Shown here: positions 1 through 8,570 of the stretch, in pieces
Position numbering within the stretch: position 1 is the stretch's first letter
How the letters are laid out: each line of letters starts with the position of its first letter
Virus record (IMG/VR): IMGVR_UViG_3300037722_000283
Span: 1-40,747 of that record
From: a virus
Taxonomy: Duplodnaviria; Caudoviricetes
Reading direction: 5' to 3' (one strand)
Length of the DNA stretch: 40,747 nt
The notes under the pieces: model-generated
What the model saw: only the letters and a program-made list of their open reading frames with translations
Database searches by the model: none
Told to the model about the DNA's origin: nothing
Translations under genes and position numbers: made by a program

Positions 1-127
1 GCCCGAGTGCCCGTCTCGACTCCGCGTCCAACCCATCGGGCTCGTCTGCGATGAGGGTGCGGATGGCCGTGCCGGCGCGCCTCGCGATGAGGCGCGACAG
101 GCCCACCGCGATGGCCAGGTGCAGGCT
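1..127. repeat. Terminal direct repeat (circular assembly overlap), copy 1
   Basis: Identical to 40621-40747; the sbcC reading frame continues across the join. Confidence 0.97.
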
Positions 128-2080
128 CATGGCTTCGCCACCGCTCGCGGCCGCGAAGGGACGCACCCCGGTATCGCTGTGCACGATGAGGTCGAGCGCC
201 TCCACGACGCCGTCCCCGCTCTTCTTCGCGCGCTGGGTGCGCATCTCGAGCGACCACCCGGGGCGGATCGCGGACAGGACGTCGTTGATGTGACCGGTGA
301 GCTCGGGCAGCGTGCTGTCGATGATGCGTGCCGGGATGCCGCTGACGCCGAACGCGGCGACGAGGCGGCGGTAGTAGCCCAGCTCGACCTCGGCCGCCTC
401 GATGGTGGCCACCACGGTGTCCCGCTCGGCCGTCAGCTGCTCGCGCTGCTCGAGTGCCGTCCGGGCACGCTCACGCCGCTCGGTCAGGGATGTCCGCTCG
501 AGCGCGAGTGCAGCGAGCATCTCGTCCGCGCCAGCCTGGTCAGCCTGTGCCGCATCGCGGGCATGCCGCTGTGCGTCGCCCTCGGCCACCCTCGCCTGTG
601 CCGCCTCGAGCGCCTCACGCGCCGTCTTGCCGTCGGATGCGATCGCATCGAGCTCGGCCTGCGCTGAGGCGACGAGTGCCTGGGCGTCGGTCAACGACTG
701 GCGTGCGGCCGACATCTCGCCGGCACGGGCCGCGGTGCGCTCTAGATCCAGCAGCAGGCGCCGCGCTTCGTCGAGGTCCTGCGGCTCGGGCAGGGCCCGG
801 AGGTCGATCTCACGCCGGACCACCTGCGCCCGTTCACGCGCGATCCGTAGCGGTTCCTCCGGGGGTGCCTGGTAGTGCTCGACCTCCGCTCGAGCGGCAT
901 CGAGCTGCATCGCCAGCCCGGCCGGGTCGGCGGCGAACTCGTGCGCGCAGTTCGGGCATGTGACCGGCTCCAGCCCAGCCACCTGCTGTTCGAGCATCGT
1001 GAGCAGATGCGCCAGCCGGACCCGCTCGGCCTCATGCGCCTGCAGCGCCGCGCGGTGTGGCTCCCATGCCTCCTCGAGGCGCGCCTCGGCCGCCAGGACG
1101 GCATCGCGAGCCTCCTGGTAGGCCGCGGCCTCCGTCTCCAGCTGCTCGAGGCGGCCACGGGCGGCCTCCACCGCTGCTGTGGCTTCCTCGATGACCGAGG
1201 CCCCATCCAGCGCGGTGAGGGCGCGCGCGATCGCAGCCTCGGCCGTCACCTTCGCCTCGGATGCCCGGCGCCAGCGATCCTTGTGGCCATGGAGCTCGGC
1301 CGTGATGCGCCTGACATCGGCCTCAGCCGCCTCGATGGCAGCGAGACTGGCGGCGAGCTCGCGTAGCCGCGCCTCTGCCTCGGTCCGCTGCGTCATCGCC
1401 AGCGACGTGGCGTCACCGTTGGCCGCCATCTCGGCCTCGACGGCAGCGAGCATCGAGTCCGCATCGATGGATGCCAGCTGCACCTCGATGTCCTCGACCC
1501 GCTTCCGCGTCGCGGTCAGGGATGCGTCGAGGTCGCGCGCAAGCTCCCGGGCCCGCTTCTCTGCATCCTCGTAGACCGACAGGCCGAGTACCTGCCCGTA
1601 CACGCGCTTGCGATACCCACCCGTGGCATCGGCGAAGCGCCCGGCATGACCTTGCGCGAGCAGGACCGCGGCCTCGAAGGTGTCCGCGTCCAGGCGCAGC
1701 AGGTCGGCGATGGCTTGCTGCGTCTCGCGGATCGAGTCAGCGGTCAGGGGCAGCCAGGTCTGGCGGTCCGAACTCGCGATCGCGAACTCCATGGTGGACT
1801 TGCCGCCTGAGCGCGTCGTGCGCCCTCGCACGACCCGGTAGCACGCCCCGGCGAACTCGAACTCGACCAGCACCGACATGTCCGTGGCGCCGGTCCGCAC
1901 GAGGTCGTCCCCTCGAAGCCGGGCGGCGTCGAAGAGCGCATAGGCGATGGCCTCGGATGCCAGCGCGCTCTTGCCCGCCCCGTTGGCGCCGGTGAGGCAG
2001 ACGAGCTTGGCCTCGTCCGGCCGCCAGTCGAGGTACTCGTAGGACATGAAGTCGCGCAGCTCGATGCGGATGACCCTCAT
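1..2080 (-). CDS. sbcC: SbcC/Rad50 SMC-family ATPase, 5' part (about 740 aa in total; continues at 40620-40478)
   Basis: Manual translation from ATG 2080: MRVIRIELRDFMSYE, Walker A LTGANGAGKS, Q-loop LLAQG, coiled coil with central CPNC zinc hook (~945-960), signature ASGGE (~135-150). Confidence 0.93.
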   Translation of the reverse strand, partial: MRVIRIELRDFMSYEYLDWRPDEAKLVCLTGANGAGKSALASEAIAYALFDAARLRGDDLVRTGATDMSVLVEFEFAGACYRVVRGRTTRSGGKSTMEFAIASSDRQTWLPLTADSIRETQQAIADLLRLDADTFEAAVLLAQGHAGRFADATGGYRKRVYGQVLGLSVYEDAEKRARELARDLDASLTATRKRVEDIEVQLASIDADSMLAAVEAEMAANGDATSLAMTQRTEAEARLRELAASLAAIEAAEADVRRITAELHGHKDRWRRASEAKVTAEAAIARALTALDGASVIEEATAAVEAARGRLEQLETEAAAYQEARDAVLAAEARLEEAWEPHRAALQAHEAERVRLAHLLTMLEQQVAGLEPVTCPNCAHEFAADPAGLAMQLDAARAEVEHYQAPPEEPLRIARERAQVVRREIDLRALPEPQDLDEARRLLLDLERTAARAGEMSAARQSLTDAQALVASAQAELDAIASDGKTAREALEAAQARVAEGDAQRHARDAAQADQAGADEMLAALALERTSLTERRERARTALEQREQLTAERDTVVATIEAAEVELGYYRRLVAAFGVSGIPARIIDSTLPELTGHINDVLSAIRPGWSLEMRTQRAKKSGDGVVEALDLIVHSDTGVRPFAAASGGEAMSLHLAIAVGLSRLIARRAGTAIRTLIADEPDGLDAESRRALG

Positions 2081-2124
2081 CGGCGCTTCTCCGGTGGGAT
2101 GGGGTGGGCGCCGAGCACGCTCAT
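2077..2124 (-). CDS. Possible 15-aa micro-ORF (MSVLGAHPIPPEKRR)
   Basis: ATGA overlaps at both ends. Confidence 0.35.
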   Translation of the reverse strand: MSVLGAHPIPPEKRR

Positions 2125-2195
2125 GCGACGTGTCTCCAAGACTCACGGCGGACCACGAACCCGACCGCCAGGGGGACGCGGACAGCGGTGCTCAT
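2121..2195 (-). CDS. Possible 24-aa micro-ORF (MSTAVRVPLAVGFVVRRESWRHVA)
   Basis: ATGA overlaps at both ends. Confidence 0.4.
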   Translation of the reverse strand: MSTAVRVPLAVGFVVRRESWRHVA

Positions 2196-2380
2196 CGAGG
2201 CCACCTGATGATGTGGAGTCTGATCAAGGCCCTCATCGACCACGGGAACGAGCGATACCGCCTCTCGAATCGGGTGGCCCAGACCACATGCACCCTCAGC
2301 GTGTCGACGAGGTCGTCCATCGCCCGGCGGAACTCGCCCGAGTACAGATAGAGCGTGACCACTGCATCGTGCGTGCTCAC
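2192..2380 (-). CDS. Hypothetical protein (62 aa)
   Basis: GTG start overlaps upstream stop; fits operon packing. Confidence 0.6.
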   Translation of the reverse strand: MSTHDAVVTLYLYSGEFRRAMDDLVDTLRVHVVWATRFERRYRSFPWSMRALIRLHIIRWPR

Positions 2381-2499
2381 TGCGTCACCCCGATACCGCA
2401 GGACAGCACCGCGCCGATGGCCATGGCGCCCAGGCCGAGCCACAGCAGGCAGCCGGCACAGCCACCGATGATGCAACCGGGGCCTCTGCCCGTGCTCAC
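2377..2499 (-). CDS. Small hydrophobic membrane peptide (40 aa)
   Basis: MSTGRGPGCIIGGCAGCLLWLGLGAMAIGAVLSCGIGVTQ; GTGA overlaps at both ends. Confidence 0.6.
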   Translation of the reverse strand: MSTGRGPGCIIGGCAGCLLWLGLGAMAIGAVLSCGIGVTQ

Positions 2500-2819
2500 G
2501 ACTCGCCCTCATCGACGATCCGCATCCAGGGGGTGATCTGGACGGGCGAAGGCATCTGGTCTGGCCGGATGACGAACGTCGCGCGCCAGCCGTCGACCTC
2601 GACGTCATGGAACGTAGCGTGCCGCCAGCGGTAGAGGGTGCGTCGGCTCACGCCCAGCTCGCGGGCGACCTCGTCCATGGTCGCCAGCGACGCCCCACGC
2701 TGCGACAGCGCGTGCATGAGGGTCTTGGCGCCGCTGATGGTCATCGCGCGATAGCCGGGCATCTCGGGCCCGGGCGCGGTGCCATAGAAGCTGCGCCTGC
2801 TGATCGCTCCGCTGCTCAT
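2496..2819 (-). CDS. HTH DNA-binding protein (107 aa)
   Basis: TMDEVARELGVSRRTLYRW helix-turn-helix; ATGA-coupled start. Confidence 0.75.
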   Translation of the reverse strand: MSSGAISRRSFYGTAPGPEMPGYRAMTISGAKTLMHALSQRGASLATMDEVARELGVSRRTLYRWRHATFHDVEVDGWRATFVIRPDQMPSPVQITPWMRIVDEGES

Positions 2820-3004
2820 GCGGCCAGCCTCGCCATCATCTCGGCACGCACCGCTGGCCATGCAGCCGCGGGCACCAGGGCGGGCACGGGGCGCGCGCTG
2901 CGGATGCCGGTGCCCTTGCACTTGCCGCAGGGGTACGACGTGACCACGGAGCCCTTCCAAATGACGCCGCCCTTGCAGCGGCGGCACACGCCTGCATGTC
3001 CCAT
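2816..3004 (-). CDS. Small zinc-finger protein (DnaJ-type CxxCxG repeats)
   Basis: CRRCKGG and CGKCKGTG motifs. Confidence 0.7.
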   Translation of the reverse strand: MGHAGVCRRCKGGVIWKGSVVTSYPCGKCKGTGIRSARPVPALVPAAAWPAVRAEMMARLAA

Positions 3005-3222
3005 CAGGCACCGTCCTCGATGTCAGCCGGATCGACCCTGTCGAGCAGGTCCTGCGCCGTGTACACCCGTCGCCAGCCCTCGCCGTGGCGCTCCTCGACG
3101 AGGACGCCATCGAGCAGCCACGCGATCAGCGCGGGCACGCCCGGCACGATGATGGCTCGCTCGGCGAGGAGTAGCGCGAGGTTCAGGCGCCAGCGATGGC
3201 GGACGCGGCTCTGCATGTTCAT
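3004..3222 (-). CDS. Hypothetical protein (72 aa)
   Basis: Tight packing with neighbouring genes. Confidence 0.6.
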   Translation of the reverse strand: MNMQSRVRHRWRLNLALLLAERAIIVPGVPALIAWLLDGVLVEERHGEGWRRVYTAQDLLDRVDPADIEDGA

Positions 3223-3393
3223 CTAGGCTCGGCACCCTTCGCGCCATGACGTCTTGCTGACGTGGCGATAGACGGGCCGGCTCTGCCGGATGGCAGCCAG
3301 GAAGAGCGGCCCGTTGCACCTGGCACAGGTCGCGCCCCACTGGTCGACCACGACGTCGGCGGGCTCAGCGATCTTGCCCTTGCGCCCTGCCAT
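3223..3393 (-). CDS. Hypothetical CxxC protein (56 aa, not in ORF track)
   Basis: MAGRKGKIAEPADVVVDQWGATCARCNGP...; start overlaps the sbcD stop. Confidence 0.6.
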   Translation of the reverse strand: MAGRKGKIAEPADVVVDQWGATCARCNGPLFLAAIRQSRPVYRHVSKTSWREGCRA

Positions 3394-4529
3394 CAGGCAG
3401 CCACCTCAGCCAGCACAGCGCGCCCGCGGTCCACCAGCGCCTCGCGGTCTGGGTCGTCCGCGAAATGGGCCTCCAGCGCCTGCTCCGCGGTAAGCGACTC
3501 GGAGAGGCCGCCCGCGGCCACCGGCGCATCCACGCGGGCATGCCGGACCTCGACCACGTCCCAGGCACCCGCGAGCTCCATGGCGAGGACGACCTCGTCC
3601 GTGGACGCCTCGGCCGGCACGTTGACAGCGCGCACGATGGCGTCCTCGACGGCCGGCAGGTCGATCGCGACGCCCTCGGCGTAGTCCACGGTCACGAACC
3701 GGCGCGCCGGCGTCTCGATGAACTCGAAGGCACCCGGGTCTGCCGTGTCCACGACCACGTAGCCCTTGGGGTCGTGCTCCTCGCCCCAGTCCACGCGGTG
3801 CGGGCTGCCGGCGTAGGCGACCAGCGGGTCCCGGCCGAGCACCTGGTGGCGGTGGAAATGCCCGGCGAGGATGGCGTCGAAGCCGATGGCCACCAGGGCC
3901 GCCGTGTCGACCACGAGGCTCATGTCCCCGAGGAAGGCCTGTTGCGTCTCGCTCATCTGGCCGCCGGCGAGGCCCTGGTGGATGACCAGCATGATCGCCT
4001 CGGGCTTCGTGTGCCCGGCGATCGCTTGGGCGTAGAGGCCCCGCGCGATCGCCAGGAACTGCTCGCCGAGCACGCGGAAGATGTCCGCGTCGGGAACCGA
4101 CTCGAAGCCGGGCTGTGCGCGAAGCCAGTGTCGGTCCAGGTAGGGCATGGCACAGACGGCGGTCAGGCCGATCCAGGCGATGCCGGGGCGTGAGAAGCCG
4201 CGCCAGCCGAGCCTGCCGGCAGCGAGCACGTCGGCGATCGAGTGACCAGCACGCAGGCCGTCGTGGTTGCCGCGGGTGATGATCGTCGGGCCGCCGAACG
4301 CAGCCAGGGCGTCCGCGATCATGGCCACGCGCCACGGGCTCGGGTGGCGCTCCTCGGTCAGGTCGCCGGCGACGATGAGCGCGTCGCAGCCGCGGGCCTT
4401 CGCGTCCTCGGCGATCCAGCGGATGATGCCCACCGCGTCGACGAACCGCGCGTTGAGGCCAGTCGCTGCGTCGATGCGCTGCCCGTAGTCGCTCACGTGC
4501 AGATCCGCAGTGACGGCCAGGCGCGTCAT
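3393..4529 (-). CDS. sbcD: SbcD/Mre11 metallophosphoesterase nuclease
   Basis: Motifs DLH, AGD, GNHD, IHQ, GHFH and YAGSP; ATGA-coupled start at 4529. Confidence 0.93.
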   Translation of the reverse strand: MTRLAVTADLHVSDYGQRIDAATGLNARFVDAVGIIRWIAEDAKARGCDALIVAGDLTEERHPSPWRVAMIADALAAFGGPTIITRGNHDGLRAGHSIADVLAAGRLGWRGFSRPGIAWIGLTAVCAMPYLDRHWLRAQPGFESVPDADIFRVLGEQFLAIARGLYAQAIAGHTKPEAIMLVIHQGLAGGQMSETQQAFLGDMSLVVDTAALVAIGFDAILAGHFHRHQVLGRDPLVAYAGSPHRVDWGEEHDPKGYVVVDTADPGAFEFIETPARRFVTVDYAEGVAIDLPAVEDAIVRAVNVPAEASTDEVVLAMELAGAWDVVEVRHARVDAPVAAGGLSESLTAEQALEAHFADDPDREALVDRGRAVLAEVAA

Positions 4530-5668
4530 GCCGCGTTCTCGGCTGCCTCGAGGTCCGCTGCCAGCTGGCGCCACTCCGCGCGCAGCTGGTCGTGCCCGAT
4601 GGCGGTCCCGACCTCGAGGATCGCTTGGGCATGCCTGCGCTCGATCGCAGCCAGTTGGCCCAGATCGAAGAGCGCGTCGAGCACGGTGCCGACCTCGCCA
4701 GCGCTGATGCCCCGCAGTGCTTCCTGGAGCTGGCTGCGCTGCTCCTTCGTGGCTGGCTGCGTCGCAGCAGCGTTGGCCTCGGCCACGGCGCGCAAGCGGT
4801 CAGCCAGGCCTCCCAGCGGGCCTTCACCGAACCAGTCCGGCTCGTCGCTCGTTGGCTGCTCGGCCACGATCTCGCCGGTCGCACTGTCCACCGTGGCATG
4901 GCCGTTGGTCTGCACCTGGACGTACTCGGCCTCGGCCTCGTCGTCCGGGGCCTCGGGTGCCTCGATGGCACCGGCGTCGATGCGCTGGGGCTCCGGGCCA
5001 TAGGCGGCCACCGACGCCGGCAGCAGGTTGTCGAGCATCCGCCGGCGCACGTCCGGGTCAGACATGTTGGGCACCCAGCGCAGGATCGCGAACGGCCGCG
5101 CGAACCGCTCCTTCGGCATCGAGCCGTGCAGACTGAGCAGCGAGCGGATGGCCCGGTTGAGCGCCTTCGTCTGTGCGTTGGCCAGCAGGTGCTCGCGCGC
5201 CTTCGAGAGCCTGGCCTCCGACCACGGCTTGCCGTTGCGGTCCTTCTGCTGGCTGAGCTGGTGCAGGTCGATCGCCTTGCTGCCATGGGCACGGATGCGC
5301 TGACCCGAAGGCAGCGCCATCTCGATGGCTACGGTCCACTCGATCACGTCGGGGTCGCTGCGGTCATCGGTCCGTTGGCTCGAGAGCTCGTCGATGCCGG
5401 CCACCTGTCGGATCCTCGACAGGCCCTTGGCGGTCGGGGCGTAGTGGCCATCCTTCATCTGCGAGTCGTGGTAGATCTCGCCATCCGCCTCGATCATCGA
5501 GAGCTTCACGGTCTCGATGTCCGGCACGAGGTATGGGTTGACCTGGCGGATGGTCTGCGTGGGCACGAGCAGGTTGAACTGCGCCTCTGGATAGTCCTCG
5601 AGCACCGCGATGGTCTGCGGCTCCCACTTCACGAGGGCGCTCTCGTCCTTGGGTTCCTGCGTCGTCAT
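4526..5668 (-). CDS. Putative recombination / single-strand annealing protein
   Basis: Globular N-terminus with AQTKALNRAIR helix, acidic disordered linker, small C-terminal domain; AAGGAG RBS; directly upstream of sbcD. Function inferred from position and architecture. Confidence 0.5.
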   Translation of the reverse strand: MTTQEPKDESALVKWEPQTIAVLEDYPEAQFNLLVPTQTIRQVNPYLVPDIETVKLSMIEADGEIYHDSQMKDGHYAPTAKGLSRIRQVAGIDELSSQRTDDRSDPDVIEWTVAIEMALPSGQRIRAHGSKAIDLHQLSQQKDRNGKPWSEARLSKAREHLLANAQTKALNRAIRSLLSLHGSMPKERFARPFAILRWVPNMSDPDVRRRMLDNLLPASVAAYGPEPQRIDAGAIEAPEAPDDEAEAEYVQVQTNGHATVDSATGEIVAEQPTSDEPDWFGEGPLGGLADRLRAVAEANAAATQPATKEQRSQLQEALRGISAGEVGTVLDALFDLGQLAAIERRHAQAILEVGTAIGHDQLRAEWRQLAADLEAAENAA

Positions 5669-5738
5669 GATCTAGACTCCTTCTCACTGGTGCCGGTCCT
5701 GCCATCGCTCTCAAAAGGCGACAGGGCCGGCGCTGGCT

Positions 5739-6530
5739 TTACTGGCTCGTCTCGTCTCGCAGTGCGCGCTCGACCGCGGCGATGCCGTTGAAGAACGAAC
5801 GGATGCGTTCGGGATCCCACGTAGCCATCTCGGCCGCCGGGATGGTCGCGTCGATCGCGATGACGAGGTAGCCGTCGGTCTGGACGTCGTCGCGCCAGCT
5901 CTTCGGGGTCGGCTGGTCGGCGTCCTGATGCATATCTGATGCATATTTCGCACCCGGTTTCGCCACAGGCTCAGGCTCACGGGCGTACTCGTGCATCCAC
6001 TCACCGACGTCGGCCGGTGCAGGCTCTTGGCTTTCCGTGCTCACTTTGTGAGCGGGTTTCGCCACAGCCGAAGCCCTCGGCTCCCTGGCCTTCGTATCGG
6101 GCTTAGGCTTCGGTGCCTTCTTCGGCATGTAGCCCGGCATCGGTCCGTCGATGCCCATGGCCTTCATGTAGCCCTGGAGCCCACTCTGGACGCTGCTCTG
6201 GTTGACTCCGAGCGCCCTGGCGGCCGCGCCCTGCGTGCCATGCTCCTGCACCGCCGCCCAGACCTCGCGCTGGCGCGCTGTGGGCCCCGTGGATGCCCCA
6301 CGACGGGTCGGTGCGGCGGATGCGGCTGGTGGGACCACCACGGGCTTGGCTGCCCGTGGCGGCGACGAGGCACGTCCCGTGGTGGCCTGCGCGCTGTTCG
6401 CCGCGTCCACGGCCTTCGCGTACGCCTCCATGACGCCAGGGCCGTCCGCGTCGAGCCACTTGCCTCCGATGAGGACCTGCGGCTGTCCCAGGATGCCGGT
6501 GCGCCGCTCGGGCGCTGCCACGTCTGTCAT
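5739..6530 (-). CDS. HTH-containing protein
   Basis: TARQREVWAAVQEHGTQGAAARALGVNQSSV helix-turn-helix within Pro/Ala/Lys-rich sequence. Confidence 0.7.
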   Translation of the reverse strand: MTDVAAPERRTGILGQPQVLIGGKWLDADGPGVMEAYAKAVDAANSAQATTGRASSPPRAAKPVVVPPAASAAPTRRGASTGPTARQREVWAAVQEHGTQGAAARALGVNQSSVQSGLQGYMKAMGIDGPMPGYMPKKAPKPKPDTKAREPRASAVAKPAHKVSTESQEPAPADVGEWMHEYAREPEPVAKPGAKYASDMHQDADQPTPKSWRDDVQTDGYLVIAIDATIPAAEMATWDPERIRSFFNGIAAVERALRDETSQ

Positions 6531-6826
6531 GGCTTGGCCTCCAGCAGGTCATCGATAGCGGCTGCGATGAGCGCGCCGGCCTTGACCAGCTCGCGGATGC
6601 GGTCATCGGGTGTCGGCTTCCATGCCTCGGGACTCCACGGCCAGCCGCGCGGTACGGACGGTGCCGAGCCATCGATGGCGACGACCGCGAACATGAACGG
6701 GTGAAGGGCGTAGCACCCCGCTGCCAGCAAGAGGCTCTCGGCTTGGCCGGCGTCGTGCTCGACCGTGTAGCCTTCCTCGACCTGTTGGCGATCGCGTTCG
6801 GCAGCGATGAGTGACACGCCGTTCAT
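6527..6826 (-). CDS. Conserved phage protein (AERxRQ...EHD...WPW...ELVKAGAL family)
   Basis: Motif pattern recalled from a widespread phage family; ATGA-coupled start. Confidence 0.75.
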   Translation of the reverse strand: MNGVSLIAAERDRQQVEEGYTVEHDAGQAESLLLAAGCYALHPFMFAVVAIDGSAPSVPRGWPWSPEAWKPTPDDRIRELVKAGALIAAAIDDLLEAKP

Positions 6827-7143
6827 CGCTGGTCCCCCTTGATGGCAGCGCGTGCCTCCTCGAGCAGTCGGTTGCGGCGGATCGAGCCGCCCTGTCCGCC
6901 GGTGAGGGTGTCGAGCGTCGACTGCATCGTCTTGAGCGAGTCCGCCCGCTCGATCCGGCGACGTTCCGCTGCGACGGCCATGCGATCCCATCGCTCCCGC
7001 TCGTGCTGGGCCTTCTCCTCCTCGGCCGTGGCCTCGTCGACGTCGCGCTCGAGCAGTGCGACCGCATACGCCACGTGCGCCTCGGCGCTGCGTGGCTCGT
7101 CGGCCGGCCGAGCGGCGGGCATGGTGGTGGCAGGTGCGGTCAT
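6823..7143 (-). CDS. Hypothetical coiled-coil protein
   Basis: AGGAGG RBS; helical charged sequence. Confidence 0.7.
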   Translation of the reverse strand: MTAPATTMPAARPADEPRSAEAHVAYAVALLERDVDEATAEEEKAQHERERWDRMAVAAERRRIERADSLKTMQSTLDTLTGGQGGSIRRNRLLEEARAAIKGDQR

Positions 7144-7152
7144 CTCATCCTC

Positions 7153-7377
7153 CTAGCTCAGTACGCGGGCGATGAACAGGATCGCGAGCACCACGAGCAC
7201 CAGGCCCAGGCTCAGTCGCAAGGCCGAGTGCGGGTGCTCGAGCCACACGTCGAACCTGCCCCGCAGCGATGTCTCGGCGGCACAGCGCGAGCACAGCCCG
7301 GGCTCGGCCCACCAGCACCAGCCGAAGCCGACGAGGCAGGGGTAGTCCTCGGAGCAATGGCAACGGCGGCAGGTCAT
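7153..7377 (-). CDS. Zinc finger plus C-terminal transmembrane helix (74 aa)
   Basis: CRRC...C...C...CSRC followed by LSLGLVLVVLAILFIA. Confidence 0.7.
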   Translation of the reverse strand: MTCRRCHCSEDYPCLVGFGWCWWAEPGLCSRCAAETSLRGRFDVWLEHPHSALRLSLGLVLVVLAILFIARVLS

Positions 7378-7598
7378 CGGACGCGCCCCTTGGCTCGCAT
7401 GTCGGCGAGCACCGTGATCGTCACCGGGGTCAGCGCTGCGTTCGCGACCGCGTTGAGAGCGTGAGCCAACTGGTCCGCTCGTTCGCGCTCGGTCAGATAT
7501 GCGTCCATGCAGGGCCACGGCTCCTGACATCTCACACACTCGTCAGGCGCGTCGTCGCCCTGCCATCGCTCGTGGGTCACGGAGTGTTCAGCGACCAC
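7374..7598 (-). CDS. Hypothetical protein (CxxC...WPC motif)
   Basis: ECVRCQEPWPC; start uncertain. Confidence 0.6.
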   Translation of the reverse strand: MVAEHSVTHERWQGDDAPDECVRCQEPWPCMDAYLTERERADQLAHALNAVANAALTPVTITVLADMRAKGRVR

Positions 7599-8010
7599 GT
7601 CGCACCACCCGCCACTTGACATCGCGCAGGCTGTGACAGCCGGCCTTGGGATACTTGCCGTAGGGCTTCTGGAGCGTGTAACACATGGTCCGGGCCGTCA
7701 CGTCGAGCGGCATCAGCCGCCGCGGGATGCCCACCATCTCGGGGTACGGGCCGCGGTCCACGACAGGCACGGTGACGCGGTGCCCATCGCGCAGCCGGAA
7801 CTCGATCAGCGTTCCACAGGGCAATGATCTGTGTGCCACGCCGCGAAGCCATCGGTCCATCCGATGACCGCAGGCCGTGCGGTTGTTCCAAAGACCGGGG
7901 CCGTACCACGGCAGGATGCGGGCGGTGCGCCAGCGAGTCTCGGCTGTGGCCGGCTCGCTGGCATGAAGTGGCGCGGCAGCCAGGAGCAGGGCCAGGGCGA
8001 TCGCGGTCAT
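7588..8010 (-). CDS. Secreted RlpA-like double-psi beta-barrel protein (lytic transglycosylase family)
   Basis: Signal peptide; WYGPG, RTACG, VAHRSLPCGT, VVDRGPY and LDVT motifs. Confidence 0.85.
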   Translation of the reverse strand: MTAIALALLLAAAPLHASEPATAETRWRTARILPWYGPGLWNNRTACGHRMDRWLRGVAHRSLPCGTLIEFRLRDGHRVTVPVVDRGPYPEMVGIPRRLMPLDVTARTMCYTLQKPYGKYPKAGCHSLRDVKWRVVRRGR

Positions 8011-8570
8011 GCGCCCGTCTCGACTGCTAGGGCGAGGGCCGGCCGTTTTTGTGTTGCTGGCGGCGGCTCGGGGGAAGGCTGGTGGACCCAGTCCTGCCCC
8101 ACGGCTGCCCGTCTGGCAGCGTGGCGTTCATGGGCCGCTAGTCCACGAGCGGTCGCGAACCGATCCCGACAGTGGCCGCGACCGCACATGAACGAGTGCT
8201 CAACCTCGTACCTCTCCAGCTTGGCCTGCTGCTCTGCCTCCCATTCGCGCATGTGCAGCGCCGACTCTGGGTCGAAGGTGTCCGCGATGGCCCGACGCAC
8301 GCGGTCGGCGTCATGGCGGAAGCGCAGGCCATGGACCTGGACGATGACGCCGTCCGCGCCCGCGACAGCGAGCACGAAAGCGTAGGGGTCAGTCATCTCG
8401 GACACCCGCTCGCCGATGACCGGAGCCCCGACGAGTGCCGAACCGGTCGCCAGCAGGCCCGTCATCTTCATCAGTTCGGCGCAGATGTCCTTGCGCCAGC
8501 GGGCGGCCATAGTCTCCGACGTGCTCACATCGGGCGGCAGGTCCACGTAGGCTCCGGTGTCTTCGGTCAT
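8007..8570 (-). CDS. Hypothetical protein with C2H2-like finger
   Basis: CGRGHCRDRFATARGLAAHERH. Confidence 0.7.
   Translation of the reverse strand: MTEDTGAYVDLPPDVSTSETMAARWRKDICAELMKMTGLLATGSALVGAPVIGERVSEMTDPYAFVLAVAGADGVIVQVHGLRFRHDADRVRRAIADTFDPESALHMREWEAEQQAKLERYEVEHSFMCGRGHCRDRFATARGLAAHERHAARRAAVGQDWVHQPSPEPPPATQKRPALALAVETGA

Noticed and set aside
1-127. 127-bp terminal repeat as a biological direct terminal repeat
   Set aside because: It falls inside sbcC and its length matches a common assembler k-mer; best read as a circular overlap.
3406-5292. 628-aa minus-strand ORF
   Set aside because: Arg/Gly/Pro-rich off-frame shadow overlapping sbcD and the upstream gene, which have clear motifs or RBS.
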